Source: Octopus vulgaris
Taxonomy: Eukaryota
Direction: 5' to 3'
DNA: 64,000 bases
Assembly: GCA_951406725.2 (NCBI GenBank)
Contig: OX597814.1
Span: 43,958,001 to 44,022,000, forward strand
Below, in pieces: positions 43,586 through 55,183 of the stretch. Each line of letters opens with the position of its first letter. Positions within the stretch are counted from its first letter, which is position 1. The position numbers were made by a program, and so were the translations under genes. The notes under the pieces were generated by a model. That model worked only from the letters and a program-made list of their open reading frames with translations. It searched no databases and was not told the origin of the DNA.

Positions 43586-44093
43586 GAATGAGAGGGTGGT
43601 GCATGCCATCAAAGGGACACTGGGGTAAAATATACGAAGCTCAGTATACCCATCATGACTCCCTGTCTGATAAGGTTATTCCAGGCACATGCATCGCAAC
43701 CATTTGTGCGCGACATGATGATCTCGTATCAAGATAAACATGGCACGATCTTGCAGGTGGAGCTCAGTTAGAACTCTCTTCTGGTCGAGTAGCCCATCGC
43801 GCTCAAAAGGTCCATGAATAAGGATTGTTTAAGGATGTTGAACGAACCACTCATGTTTCCAAAGTTGAATTATCCAAGCCTCTAAGAATTCCCTTCAACA
43901 CACGGCTATGATGCTCCCCCACTACTTCTGGCTGTCGTCATAGATGCAAATATCGTCAGCCACTAAAGGACATGATCAACTGGTTAAGGTCAAGCAACTG
44001 ACAAGCAAATATGTGGTATTGAGCAGAATATTATATACCAAGACAAAAAAATATCTATCATTATTATTGCTGTTCTTCTTATTATTATTGTTG

Positions 44094-44160
<67 letters not shown>

Positions 44161-44858
44161 TACTACTTGTGTCAAAGTCATGCCTATTGTAACTGGTATT
44201 AATACTAACACTATTATTATCTACATTATTCATCATATTACCATTAATGTTTCAGGGGAAGTATTTAATTTTATCCTAATATCCTGCATTTTTAGTGCTA
44301 TATTATACCTATCCTTGTGTTTATCAAAAATCTCTTCATTTGAGGCAAGGTCTGAGATTCTTTTACATATATTTCATAAAAAGACTCCCTTTATTTGTTG
44401 AGGATGTTTAATAGAATTATTTTTATACCATACGTTAGAGCTTTCTTTCATATAAGGTTCATGGTGTCCGGTGTTTAAGTTGCAGTTTACGTCTAAATAG
44501 TTGTTTGAGTAGGTTTCGATAGGTCAAATCAATTGAAGAACTTCTGTAGACGTTTCTTTAATAATTCAAGTGGTTCATAACTATAAAGAGTGCGTCGTCC
44601 CAATATAGACTTCGCCTTAATTCTGGGAATTCCCTACTTATATTAGCAATAATAAATCTCTGAACGAGGTATAAACAGTAACTGCACGACAATGTGAGGT
44701 ATACTTGCCATCTCAATATGGCTAACCACTAAGGGTGGGTGTTACTGTAGCTTGTAGCCCCAGGGGAACAGCGTCTCCAGCTGGCTATCGACACATTTTC
44801 TGTGCCCTATCGGTATTTGCAAAAGGAGGTCATCCTTCCCTCGTCAACCTAAGTGATA

Positions 44859-44903
44859 CGCACGGACTGCAGTTTCTGGGTTTTGACTCGTCTTCAGTGT
44901 ACG
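44859..44903 (-). ncRNA. Type I hammerhead ribozyme (copy with two stem mismatches)
   Basis: cgtaca-CTGAAGA-cgagt-caaa-accca-GAAA-ctgca-GTC-cgtgcg. Confidence 0.7.
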
Positions 44904-45297
44904 ACAATCACCGGTTTTCGATGAAAGGAGTTCCTAATGCAAATATTATTATACTTTTTCAGTAACTCTATGTCACTGATCTCGAAAAATGTTATACAAG
45001 CAATAATAAGTCTATGAACGAGGTATAAACAGTAACTGAGCACAGAAAATATGTCGATAGCCAGCTGGAGACGATCTTCTCCTGGGGATACAAGCTACAG
45101 TAACACCCACCCTTAGTGGTTAGTCATTTTGAGATGGCAAGTATACCTCCACATTGTCGTGCAGTTACTGTTTATACCTCGTTCAGAGATTTATTATTGC
45201 TTGTATACACTTTTTCGAGATCAGTGACGTAGAGTTACTGGAAAAAGTATAATAATATTTGCATTGGGAACTCCTTTCATCGAAAACCGGTGATTGT

Positions 45298-45342
45298 CGT
45301 ACGCTGAAGACGGGTCAAAACCCAGAAACTGCAGTCCGTGCG
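45298..45342 (+). ncRNA. Type I hammerhead ribozyme
   Basis: Stem I cgtacg/cgtgcg, CTGAAGA, stem II gggt/accc, GAAA, palindromic ACTGCAGT stem III, GUC cleavage site after 45336. Confidence 0.85.
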
Positions 45343-45720
45343 TATCACTTAGGTTGACGAGGGAAGGATGACCTCCCTTTGCAAATACCGATAGGGCACA
45401 GAAAATGTGTCGATAGCCAGCTGGAGACGATGTTCTCCTGGGGCTACAAGCTACAGTAACACCCACCCTTAGTGGTTAGCCATATTGAGATGGCAAGTAT
45501 ACCTATATTGTCTGTGATCTATAATCCTACTAGCTCCGTCGCTTCCGCAGAGTCTGGTGAGCCCATTGTGATATCAAAGAGATCTAGGGTATCATTCCTT
45601 GCCCATAGTTTGTAATCAAATTCGATCACAGCTTTACGGAAGGTGTGTATAAAGTTTAACTCCCTCATTCTTACGTTAGAGTATTTCCGGGCGAAAATAA
45701 GAGCGCTATTTAGGACAATA

Positions 45721-45957
45721 GATTTTGTTGCCTCTTGGCAGAAACTGCCGTAAGGAACTAGAACCTGCACACACATTTATATTTTTGCTTATTTTCTCAG
45801 TTGCTCATTTCTTTCTTTATACTTATACTTATATGTATTCACACCTTTGCCTATGCAGTCACCAGCTTTTTCCACTCGCTAATCTGTATCCCACATACAT
45901 GCGTGTGTATTCATTCAATACAATTGAATAAATAGACATACTTGAATGTTTACTGGC
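45721..45957 (+). repeat. Right arm of the long-range inverted repeat (inverted pLTR at the PLE 5' truncation)
   Basis: Reverse complement of 38995-39233; directly abuts the truncated RT. Confidence 0.85.
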
Positions 45958-45990
45958 AAAAGAAAAATATTCTAAACCAATATTCTAAAC

Positions 45991-46230
45991 CAATCACCAC
46001 ATACAATATTTTTCACTGTAAGTACACAGCGTGTTGAAAACGAAGAAAGCAAGCTAACAGAAACTATTTTTTATCTTGTTTTCTGCTGATGAAGGAAAAT
46101 TCTTTATGGATTAGTCCAGAAAGCGGTCCGATTCGGTGATAACGAAATTTAAAAAATTTTCTGTTAGCTTTCTTTCCTCGTTTTCAACCCATTGTGTATA
46201 TATAGTGAAAAATATTGGATGTGGTGATTG
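45991..46230 (+). repeat. Inverted repeat (~73-bp arms) enclosing a degenerate HHR
   Basis: 45991-46063 vs 46158-46230; spacer contains CTGATGA(46086)..tcca-GAAA-gcg-GTC(46128). Confidence 0.75.
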
Positions 46231-46385
46231 ATGATATAGAGTCTACTTCTCAGCATATTGGCATAGATTTTTTTTTTCTTTTGCCCTTATGTATAATCGT
46301 TTATAATTTTCACCTTCAAAGGTATTTTAATATACTGGCCACTGATGAAATGTTTTTGTAAAAGATGTTATCCTATATCAGAATA

Positions 46386-46452
<67 letters not shown>

Positions 46453-46542
46453 ATATATATATATATATATATATTATTATTATTATATAGGATATATATA
46501 TATATATATTATTATATATATATATATATATTATTATATATA

Positions 46543-46593
<51 letters not shown>

Positions 46594-47049
46594 ATATAAA
46601 TGTATGTATGTATATATTTATAAGCGAAAATATTACTTAGGAAATCCCTATATGTTTCATGCGCAAAGTATTATCTACTGAATGGTAGTTACAGAAATGT
46701 TTGTGTACGTAGATCTTGCCATTCGGATAGACGAATGAACAGTGATCCCGTTTTAGTCTGGTAGCCATATTAACAGCAGCTACTCCCTAAATGATGATGT
46801 TATTAGTACCGTGGTGTTTACAATGGTGGTGATAGTGGTTGTCTACATTGACCTTGCCCATGTGGTACATGTCGTGTCAGTAATCGGTGATACTTTTGGT
46901 GGTATATGTCCTTGTATTCATCGTTGACAAGTTGGTGGCTACTGCATAAATCCGGCATAAATCGCGGCATAAATCGCGGCAGGCAGCGGCTCTGGTGAAT
47001 ATGGTTCAGCCAGGCAACAGTACCAATCACTGCCGTATTGATAATGATG

Positions 47050-47880
47050 TTGATGCTGGTGGCAACGATTTACGGGGCGGTTGTTAATTATAAGAGCCAC
47101 CAGCCCAACCGATCAACTATTGATCATTGGTTTAAGTCAGAGGGAAGCGAAGAGAAATACAGGCTGCATCTATCTCGTTGATGGCGTTACCGCATTTGAT
47201 GATGTGCTTTTCAAGTGTTTTTCAGATGGATCTGAAACGGTCAGATCATACTCTTGATGTAGTGGTCGCAGTATTTGGAACACTGTATCTGGTATACCAT
47301 GTATGTTCACATACACTTTCCTGTGTCGCATCGTGTCGCAGATAGGACAGTGCGCCAGTGTGCAGGTCCGCTGTCCTGTGTAAGGACGGTCCTGATTGTC
47401 TAGCATGACGTCGAGGCCTTATTTGCAAATGGCCTTATGGCTGTCAAATGTGGTCCACTCCTCAGGTAGTAGCACCTAAAAACCTGCATATTTGGTTTAT
47501 ATTTGTGTAAGATATTCGTATCAGAAGCTGGGTCTCCGTTGATTCCAATCTTGAGGAACTGTGCAACCGGTGTGTCCCAGTTGGCGCTGTCGCTGCATCT
47601 GCTGCCTGTATACAGGTGATCTCATTTCGTATGTAGCGAATATGTCCTGACGGGGCGGGCTGATTTTTAAGAAACAATGTGATCTGAGCAGGCTGCCTTT
47701 CGGTAGAACACCATATCGAATCTTACTCTGTCCGTGGTGCTTAACCGAAATCGAGCAAATAGAAGCGAACGGATCATCCTTGTTCATGTTTCCAATGGTG
47801 AAATTAATGTACTGGTTAATTTCATAGAAGATTCCAACCTTAATGTGGAAGACTGGTCCTTCTTTATGAGCTTGGGTTAA
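47050..47880 (-). mobile_element. Decayed Penelope-like element of a different lineage (RT thumb plus GIY-YIG)
   Basis: INQYINFTI..MVFYRKAACSD..RCSD..NG.P; CTLAHCPIC..MVYQIQCSKYCDHYIKS. Confidence 0.7.
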
Positions 47881-47939
47881 ATGATAAAATGTAGACATTC
47901 TGCTGCTGCATGTAGTGAAGTTTCTTTTGAATCTCTCTG

Positions 47940-48850
47940 GCAGTTTACATTGTCATGAAGAATGATTGGCCCTCTTCTGTTGACCAATCTGCGACGGAGG
48001 AGTAGCAGGTTTTCGTTCATTTCGACAATCAATTTCATGGCAATATCTTTAAACAGTAATGTTTTTTTCCGGATTTTAAGACGTTATAGTGAATGAGTCC
48101 AGCAGCATACCTCCAAACGGTAACCATAACCTTCAGTTTGAAGAGCTCGAGTTTAGGGAAGGTCATTGGCGCTTCATTTTAGTCCAACCACTGCGAAGAA
48201 CGATTTTATTTTTGTACAGAATCCACTTTTCATCGCAAGTAACAGAATGGTCGAGAAATGAATTGGTCTGGTTAAAAAGAAGAGGCGATGAGTGAATTTC
48301 ATATCTCTACATTTTCTGATTTTCATTCAAATTATATGGTGCCCATTTGTCGAGGTTTTTTGATTTTGCAATCGCATGCAGACGGTTACAGGCGGTGTTG
48401 TGGCTAACCTGAAGTTCTCGAGTGGTTTTACGTGGATCTTTCTCAATGACGGTCTTTAATTGACTGTCATCGATGATAGATGTGCGTCCACTTCGCTCAT
48501 GGTCTTCACGTCTCAGGTCTTCACAGCGAAATCGTTTAAACTATGTTCGAACTGACCACTCACAGATTCATTTCCTTGCCAAACATTTCGTTGATATTGC
48601 GAGCAGGTTCAGGAGCTTTACGTTTTGAACGTCCTTCTTTGAAGTTGAATAGCAAGTTGAACGTTCCATTTCTGATGATTGTAACAACGGTGAAAAAATA
48701 TCAATGTTCATTTATTGATTCATTTGGGCAAGTGTGTGTCTTTATTATCAGAAACTTGCAAAATAATGCTTTTAAAAATTCCAAACTCTGCATAAATCCG
48801 AGTCAAATTCTTTATGTCTCAAAAAGTTGTTTACTTTTTACTCAGCCTGA
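47940..48850 (-). mobile_element. Mariner element, 5' two-thirds
   Basis: TIR-like end tcaggctgagtaaaaagtaa next to TA; SVTCDEKWILY and LVNRRGPIILHDN motifs. Confidence 0.85.
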
Positions 48851-48886
48851 TATATATATAATATATAAATATATATATATCTTAGA

Positions 48887-49159
48887 ATATAATTGCCAAC
48901 TGAACGTGGCGGTCCCATAGAGGACGATGCTACTGCTACTGCTGGTTTTAGCCTCAGGACGACAGCTCTTCCAGCTCACTAATTACACACTGTCTGTGTT
49001 CCATTAGTACTAGAGTTGGGAGCGATAATTTCCCCTCACAAATACTAATCGGTCACAGACAGTGTGCGGTTAGCCAGCTGGAGGAGATGTTCTCCTGGGG
49101 CTAAAAGCAACAGTAGCATCGTCCTCTATGGAGACGCCACATCTAGTTGGCAATTATAT
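48887..49159. repeat. Imperfect fold-back (~120-bp arms) related to the retrozyme-like monomer
   Basis: 48887-49009 vs 49043-49159; tagccagctggag..atgttctcctggggcta..cagta is shared with 45414-45458. Confidence 0.8.
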
Positions 49160-49221
49160 TTTACGATTCCGTATTGCTACTGCTTAATTCTCGCTCAGAG
49201 GTTTAATATTTTGTGTGTATT

Positions 49222-49253
<32 letters not shown>

Positions 49254-49279
49254 CATATACAAATATACATACACATGTA

Positions 49280-50250
49280 TATGTATATATGTAATGTGCA
49301 GTTTTGTATGTTTTGCATTATATATGTTTTCTCATACATATGTATACATTCTCAAATATATTTAAATGATAATGTTCTGCAAAGTTTTACAGATCTTTTA
49401 CGGTTCCAGGGATGGATTGGTTCTCAAGTCTACGAATTAGCTGTCGCCTTTCTGGTTTTGAGGAGCTTAATTTCTCAAGATTTATATTTAGGCAGTGTGT
49501 TACATATCCCAGGGCCCCAATAATTATAGGTATAAATCTGAACTTCTTATCTGGATAGAGTATCTGCAGATTTCCCAATAGTTCAGCGTAGGTATTCTCT
49601 TTTTCACTGTTCTTCAGCTTTATGTTAACATCTGCTGGGCAGTTAATTACCACAACTATGCACAGTTTCTCTTCTCAATCCCAAATCATTGTATCAGGCC
49701 TGTTGTGCTTACATTTTATTGAAGACTTAACTGGGATATTCCAACAGTACTTCTGTTTATTATGAGTGGCTATATATTCTACCATACTTTGGGCTCTTCT
49801 TTCTTTGTCCTCGGGATTATCCTTCCGACGGATTTCATTATAGAGTGTCCTAGCTACAACATCATGTCTTATCGATAGATAATACCGTTATGACATTTTT
49901 GGACAGCTGCTTATCTAGTAGGTGATATCTTCGATGTTAATTAACTCCACAATGTCTGTCAAATTTTACTGCATTTCCTGCATCTGTATCGCCTTTGTGC
50001 ATCAGATATTTCGTTGATATTTCCTGCTCCTAGATTGCAAACGCATAGCCTTCGAAGTAGGAAGTAGTACTCCTGTTATTGATCCATGATAAACTGCTTT
50101 GATGATCGATCTTACTAGATGATACGTTGTAGTAGATTTGTACGACTTCGTTGGGCATGTATTCTAGGTTACCAGACAAAGAGTATTCTTCAAGGAGTTG
50201 TCTTCCAAATCTTATGATGTTATGAGCCTTATGTATACCAGCTTGGTCAA
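49280..50250 (-). mobile_element. R4/Dong-type LINE 3' part (RLE nuclease plus 3' UTR)
   Basis: YFEGYAFAI..HNRPD..CPADVNIKLK..EKENTYAELL..FIPIIIGALG. Confidence 0.85.
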
Positions 50251-50939
50251 GAGACGCATTTTGACACTTGGAATATGTAAAAATGTACCTAAATGTGCAT
50301 TTAGGTATGCATGCGTATAAGTAGATGGGAATAGTTAAATGTATATTATTTTGCAATTTTTAAACACGTTTCAAAATTATCCAGTATTTCCTTTTACTTT
50401 CTAAGATATTAAAATCATATAACTTTGAAAGAGTTATTCTCAATCTTACTACTTACATCGTTTTACCAAACAAACAACTTTCGATCATCCTAGAACCACA
50501 TGCTCTCTCCATGTTTCGCTGTGGTTAAATATTTTTCTCTCATCTTTTATTAGTAAATTTTAATTCCTTTATATTTTGTAAATATAGAATATCTAGAAAC
50601 AGATATCAGAGTGAGCACGTATGTCTGTAAGTGCACATGTATTATTAATAGTTCGGTTTTCTTGTGTGGAAAAACATCTGTTAGTGCAGGTGGATATATG
50701 TATAAATGCCTCGGACTAAGTACTTATGAGTATATTAATACCTCCCTTTGCATAGGAGGATGTTTATAAAGGTATTTTTATGTGTGTGTGTGGATGTATG
50801 AATGTGCCTGTGTATTTGTATATTTACGAGTGCTAGTTTGTGTGAAGTACTGACGTGTGTATTTAAATACATCTATGCAGATGTATACACAGTTACGCGC
50901 ACAGGTACGTTAAAGTAGTCTGTAAGTGTGTTCAAGATG

Positions 50940-51620
50940 TGTTCCTGAATTCTGAGAACTTTCCAGTCTAGAGATACCCACACTGTCATCCTTCTCTACT
51001 CTACGTTTGCCCACCTCCGCCTTGAATACTGTCGCCCACTGTAGTCTCTCTTCACGAAGCAACTCATTATGTAAGTAGAAGCACTCAAGAGGTCAATATC
51101 AAGAGAGATAGACGGCATGTCAGGCATTGATTATTGGGGTCGCCCCCCTCCCAAAAAAATCAAGCTCTCTCTCTCCAACGCCGCCGTGAGCGCTATATCA
51201 TATGTGTGATGTAGAAAATATTCCATTAATATTGCACAAATGATGTTGGCATCAACTTTTAAAATCCACCCAAGACTTGGCCCCCGTACTATCCGTTCAC
51301 TACAAAAATCGTACTGAGGACACATAACAATATTATGACACAACTACTTTACCTCAACCGATCCAACTTTGATATCATACCAAAATACGTCAAAACAGAA
51401 ATAGATCCCATAAAATTCAAAGGTGCTCTGGACAAAGTTCTTCAAAGAAAAACCTGGACCAGCCTCCTGCACACGGATATGTCTCCAACAATATTAACTC
51501 CTTGCTAGAGTGGGCCATGGTACCCCATATATGACAATAATATTTTAGCCCGTGGTACTATTAAATTAGAGGTGGTCTGAGCCTATACTCGCCGAAACCT
51601 ATAAAAGTTTTCAAAGTTAT
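50940..51620 (+). mobile_element. CR1/L2-clade LINE 3' end
   Basis: LRLEYCRPL*S..IDYWGR..SLQRRRERYII..KI..FKGALDK..PDQPP..NSLLEW. Confidence 0.8.
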
Positions 51621-52139
51621 ATATATGTATATACATATTCAAATATGAATTAGAGGGATATAAACACTATCGAACACAAAGGCACTAGACATGCATGTTG
51701 CTAGTTCATAGGAAGGCTGTGCTCATAGACGCAAGAGGGTATATTCTCATCAATTCGTCTGGTGTTAAAACGCATGAAGGTCATAGACAAGTGAGATAGC
51801 TCGCTCTAGGTCACATTCAGGAGGGATGGACATCGATATTTCGTCATTATTTTGACTTGTCAACATAACGACCGAGACCGAAGACCGATGAAAACTAAAT
51901 TGTTACATATAATTATTTTCAAATAACGCTAAAAGGTCCAAAGATCTCCAAATACATTGTGATTTAAAAAAAAAAAACTATTGAAATCAACACACTTAAC
52001 TAGTAGATATGTATAAACATTTACATACTAAAAAATATAAAAGACACACAACCACACACACATAGTTGTACGTACATACTTCTATTAATATACATACTCA
52101 CTAATATACACACACTCAATAACGATGGGATTTTGTTAC

Positions 52140-52493
52140 ACAAGAGTTTGCAGGACCTTCTCGTACATCTTCCTGGACGAAGTTGTCGTTTCTGGCTCGG
52201 AATTGTCCGATCTCCAAATACTGCATTAATATTCCTCGCACTTTCCGTTGCGTTGTTGCCTTTATTGAACTAATAAAGCAAAATATGCCAAATATGTCCC
52301 TTTGTCACTTTCATTATATATTTGAAAAAATAACTGTTAAAATCGAACTGCACTCTTCAATCGTTGCACTAAGAATAAGGATAAGGTAAAATTACTGCCT
52401 GATTTTATAGCAAGTTGATACAGGTAGTTCATGCTATCATCCCGACTTTTAGTCCATGCCATTGATAAAACTGCATCATTTTTGCAGTAACTC

Positions 52494-52498
<5 letters not shown>
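52140..52498 (-). mobile_element. Mariner 5' end fragment
   Basis: MKVTKGHIWHILLY*FNK transposase start; similar to 54960-55140. Confidence 0.7.
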
Positions 52499-52536
<38 letters not shown>

Positions 52537-52567
52537 AGTTGAACGAAGATGTTATTAAAATTCTTTT

Positions 52568-52652
52568 ACTTTCGACATATGTTTCGAAGACAACATTGGT
52601 TTTATTCCAAAGGAATAAACGGTGTAAAATGCAATCTTCTCATCAGAAATGT
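52568..52652 (-). ncRNA. Type I hammerhead ribozyme with extended stem II
   Basis: acattt-CTGATGA-gaaga..(tttattcc/ggaataaa)..tcttc-GAAA-catat-GTC-gaaagt; palindromic ACATATGT stem III. Confidence 0.75.
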
Positions 52653-52721
52653 TGCTACCCTGGTAACTGTTTATTGAATTTTCCAAGTTAACGGTAAACA
52701 AAGGATAATTCATTCATCCAT

Positions 52722-52790
<69 letters not shown>

Positions 52791-52862
52791 TCTGTCTGTA
52801 AGTATGTATGTATGTATATATGTAGCTCTCTCTCTCTTTTATATATATACATATATATATAT

Positions 52863-53094
52863 AACAAACAGAATTTGCAACCCATATATGGTAAAGAGAA
52901 AGAAAATAATGAAATCCCAGCCTATTTGGATTAATTATAGACGAAATCGTTTCTGGATAAGACCCACAAGTTCATTTCCTTTTCAATATAATATTTCCTA
53001 TAAATCTAGGTTTCGTCTATAATTAATCCAAATAGGCTGGGATTTCGTTATTTTCTTTCTCTTTACCATATACAGGTTGCAAATTATGTTTGTT
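52863..53094. repeat. Fold-back inverted repeat (~84-bp arms, 64-nt spacer)
   Basis: 52863-52946 is the reverse complement of 53011-53094 with few mismatches. Confidence 0.92.
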
Positions 53095-53304
53095 TGTGGA
53101 GACCTTTTTACTAGTAGGAGAAATGGTGACCTATTTGGCTGCCATTTCTAATATTTTCGGTATGTGGTTTTGAGCAACTTTTTGCAATTAACCCTTTATT
53201 ATAATTAATATAATCCTTACAAAATATGGTCTTTTCCATACCGATAAAACTACTAGGTGAAATTTTATTAATTTTATTAAATTAATTATATTTCACCCTT
53301 TTTG

Positions 53305-53365
<61 letters not shown>

Positions 53366-54329
53366 TGAAAATATAAAATGTGCAGGTGTGTATGAGTATA
53401 TATGAGTGATTCAGTAATTACATAGCATCTTCAGTTGTACATATGATGAGAGTATGAACATACAGCTCGTGAGCGTAGTTGTGGGCATTTTGTTTTTCTG
53501 TTTTCTAATTCATACGTTAATGTTTATACATATCTGCCTCTTGGCTGATGTGTTGTTTTTAATAAGTTTCTTTTATTTAAGTCAGAATGCATTTGGAGGT
53601 CTTTTGAACTGTTAACGTTATTTGAAAATAACTATTATTCAAAACAGCCTCTTGCTTTAATCTTTATACATCCAACTGTTTGTGCCTTACTGAATACATG
53701 CATATTATATATTATTTTTTATGTAATTTAAGCTCACTTAAAATATTTTTATATTTAATCTAATTACGTGACTTATCTCCTATTATTTTCCCATTTCTTG
53801 TTTACATTAAGGATGGTTAGCTCCCGGCATCTTAAATAATAAGATACAAAACATATCTATTGATGCTTTAATGAGGATCTCAATCTAACTATATCAAATA
53901 TTTTACATCCATAATCCATATATTGTATATATAAAAGAAGATTTATAAAAGAAGGTATATACGAGGACTTGAAGTGTTGATGTAACCTTGATTGTTTTAG
54001 CGATTTGTAGAGCTAGCGTCCCTAGATCGTCATTGATTTATAAGTGTAATATTGTATAGTAGGATCGGTGACAGACATGTCAAATACTATACAGATGTGT
54101 AAAATGATTTATTATACACTGAAATTATTATTATATGATGAAGGCTGCGAAACGGTCCTAATCTTACGGATATGAAGTGGGTGAAACACCATATTCACCT
54201 CTCATACATGCTAACATTTTACAGTTTATATAATCATCGATTGCATCTTCTCAATTACAGAGGAAGGGAACACTGCATTATACTACTTCGTATTAGATTT
54301 CAATGTGGTATGACAGCCTGGGCTGCTAG

Positions 54330-54880
54330 AACACCCTCTCTATGTGGCTGAGCATTATCCTGATAGAAGAACCCCTTTAGCCTTGAAACCAAATATGGTC
54401 GTTTTTTACTTCTATCGCTGACTTAAGCCACTCAAGCTCCTTGCAGTAGATCTCCTTTGTTATCATTTGGTTTAGGTTTCAAGGTCCAATGTGGTCTAAG
54501 CCTTTCAAATCCCAGCAAACACATAACATCTTATGTAGTGTGTAGCGCCTTCTTAGCCTAGGGTACCGGTGTTTCTCCTTTCCCTACCAAACTGTCTTCG
54601 GCGCTTGATATAATTATAGAGAAACCATTTCTCCTCCCCAGTCACTATTCGGTTCAAAAAGCTTTCATTCGTGAGACGTGACAGCAAAGAACGGCACACA
54701 TTCACTCTATGCGCGCGTTTAGACACAGAAAGTCTGTGAAGTACCCATTGACTCAATTTGTTGACCATTCCGAGAGCACGTAGTTGTCGATGAATGGTTT
54801 AATGACCAAATCCAGTTATGATGGCATTTTCTTCAACGAGTGTTTGCAGGACGTCCTCGTCGAGCTCTGCAGGTCATCCA
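54330..54880 (-). mobile_element. Mariner transposase internal fragment
   Basis: QWVLHRLS..FLNRIVTGEEKWFLY..QDNAQPH. Confidence 0.85.
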
Positions 54881-54894
54881 TTTGTATTGTATTG

Positions 54895-55183
54895 TATTGG
54901 GTCATCCCATAAATAATGCTGCTTTATCATACTTCTTTTATTTATCTAGCGTTGGTCACTTTATTAAACGGATAAAGCAAAATATGCCGAGTATGCTCCC
55001 TTGCCACTTCTATTATAGCTTTGAAGAGATAACTGTTAAAATAGAACTACACTCTTCAAACCCTGCAACATGATTAAGGACAAGGTAAAACCACTACTTG
55101 CATTTATAGCAATTTGATCCCGTGCCCCTCTGACTTTTAGTACATGCAATTGAAAAATCCGCTGTATTTATGGAATGACCCTA
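54895..55183. mobile_element. Mariner-derived MITE (~290 bp)
   Basis: TIRs gggtcatcccataaata / tatttatggaatgaccc; interior is a mariner left end. Confidence 0.7.

Larger units (their letters stand above)
44646..45504. mobile_element. Retrozyme-like block: ~355-nt HHR monomer, 1.1 units in one orientation plus 1.3 units inverted
   Basis: gcaataataa..gaacgaggtataaacagtaactg recurs at 44646 and 45000 (354 nt); gcacagaaaat recurs at 45040 and 45396 (356 nt); the two runs are reverse complements; one HHR per unit. Confidence 0.85.
44220..45720 (-). mobile_element. Penelope-like RT fragment interrupted by the HHR repeat block
   Basis: FDITMGSPDSAEATELVGL (45519-45580) continues after the insertion as LLANISREFPELRRSLYWDDALFI (44645 leftwards). 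Confidence 0.8.

Noticed and set aside
43590-44035. ~450-bp GC-richer segment between (ATT)n tracts, probably an interspersed repeat or LINE UTR
   Set aside because: Cannot be classified from the sequence alone
51680-51755. Minus-strand GCAACATGCATGTC palindrome resembling an HHR stem III
   Set aside because: GAAA and CUGANGA cores are both broken
54134-54158. HHR-like ATGATGA-aggctgc-GAAA-cg-GTC
   Set aside because: C3 is missing, stem II is too short and stem I does not pair
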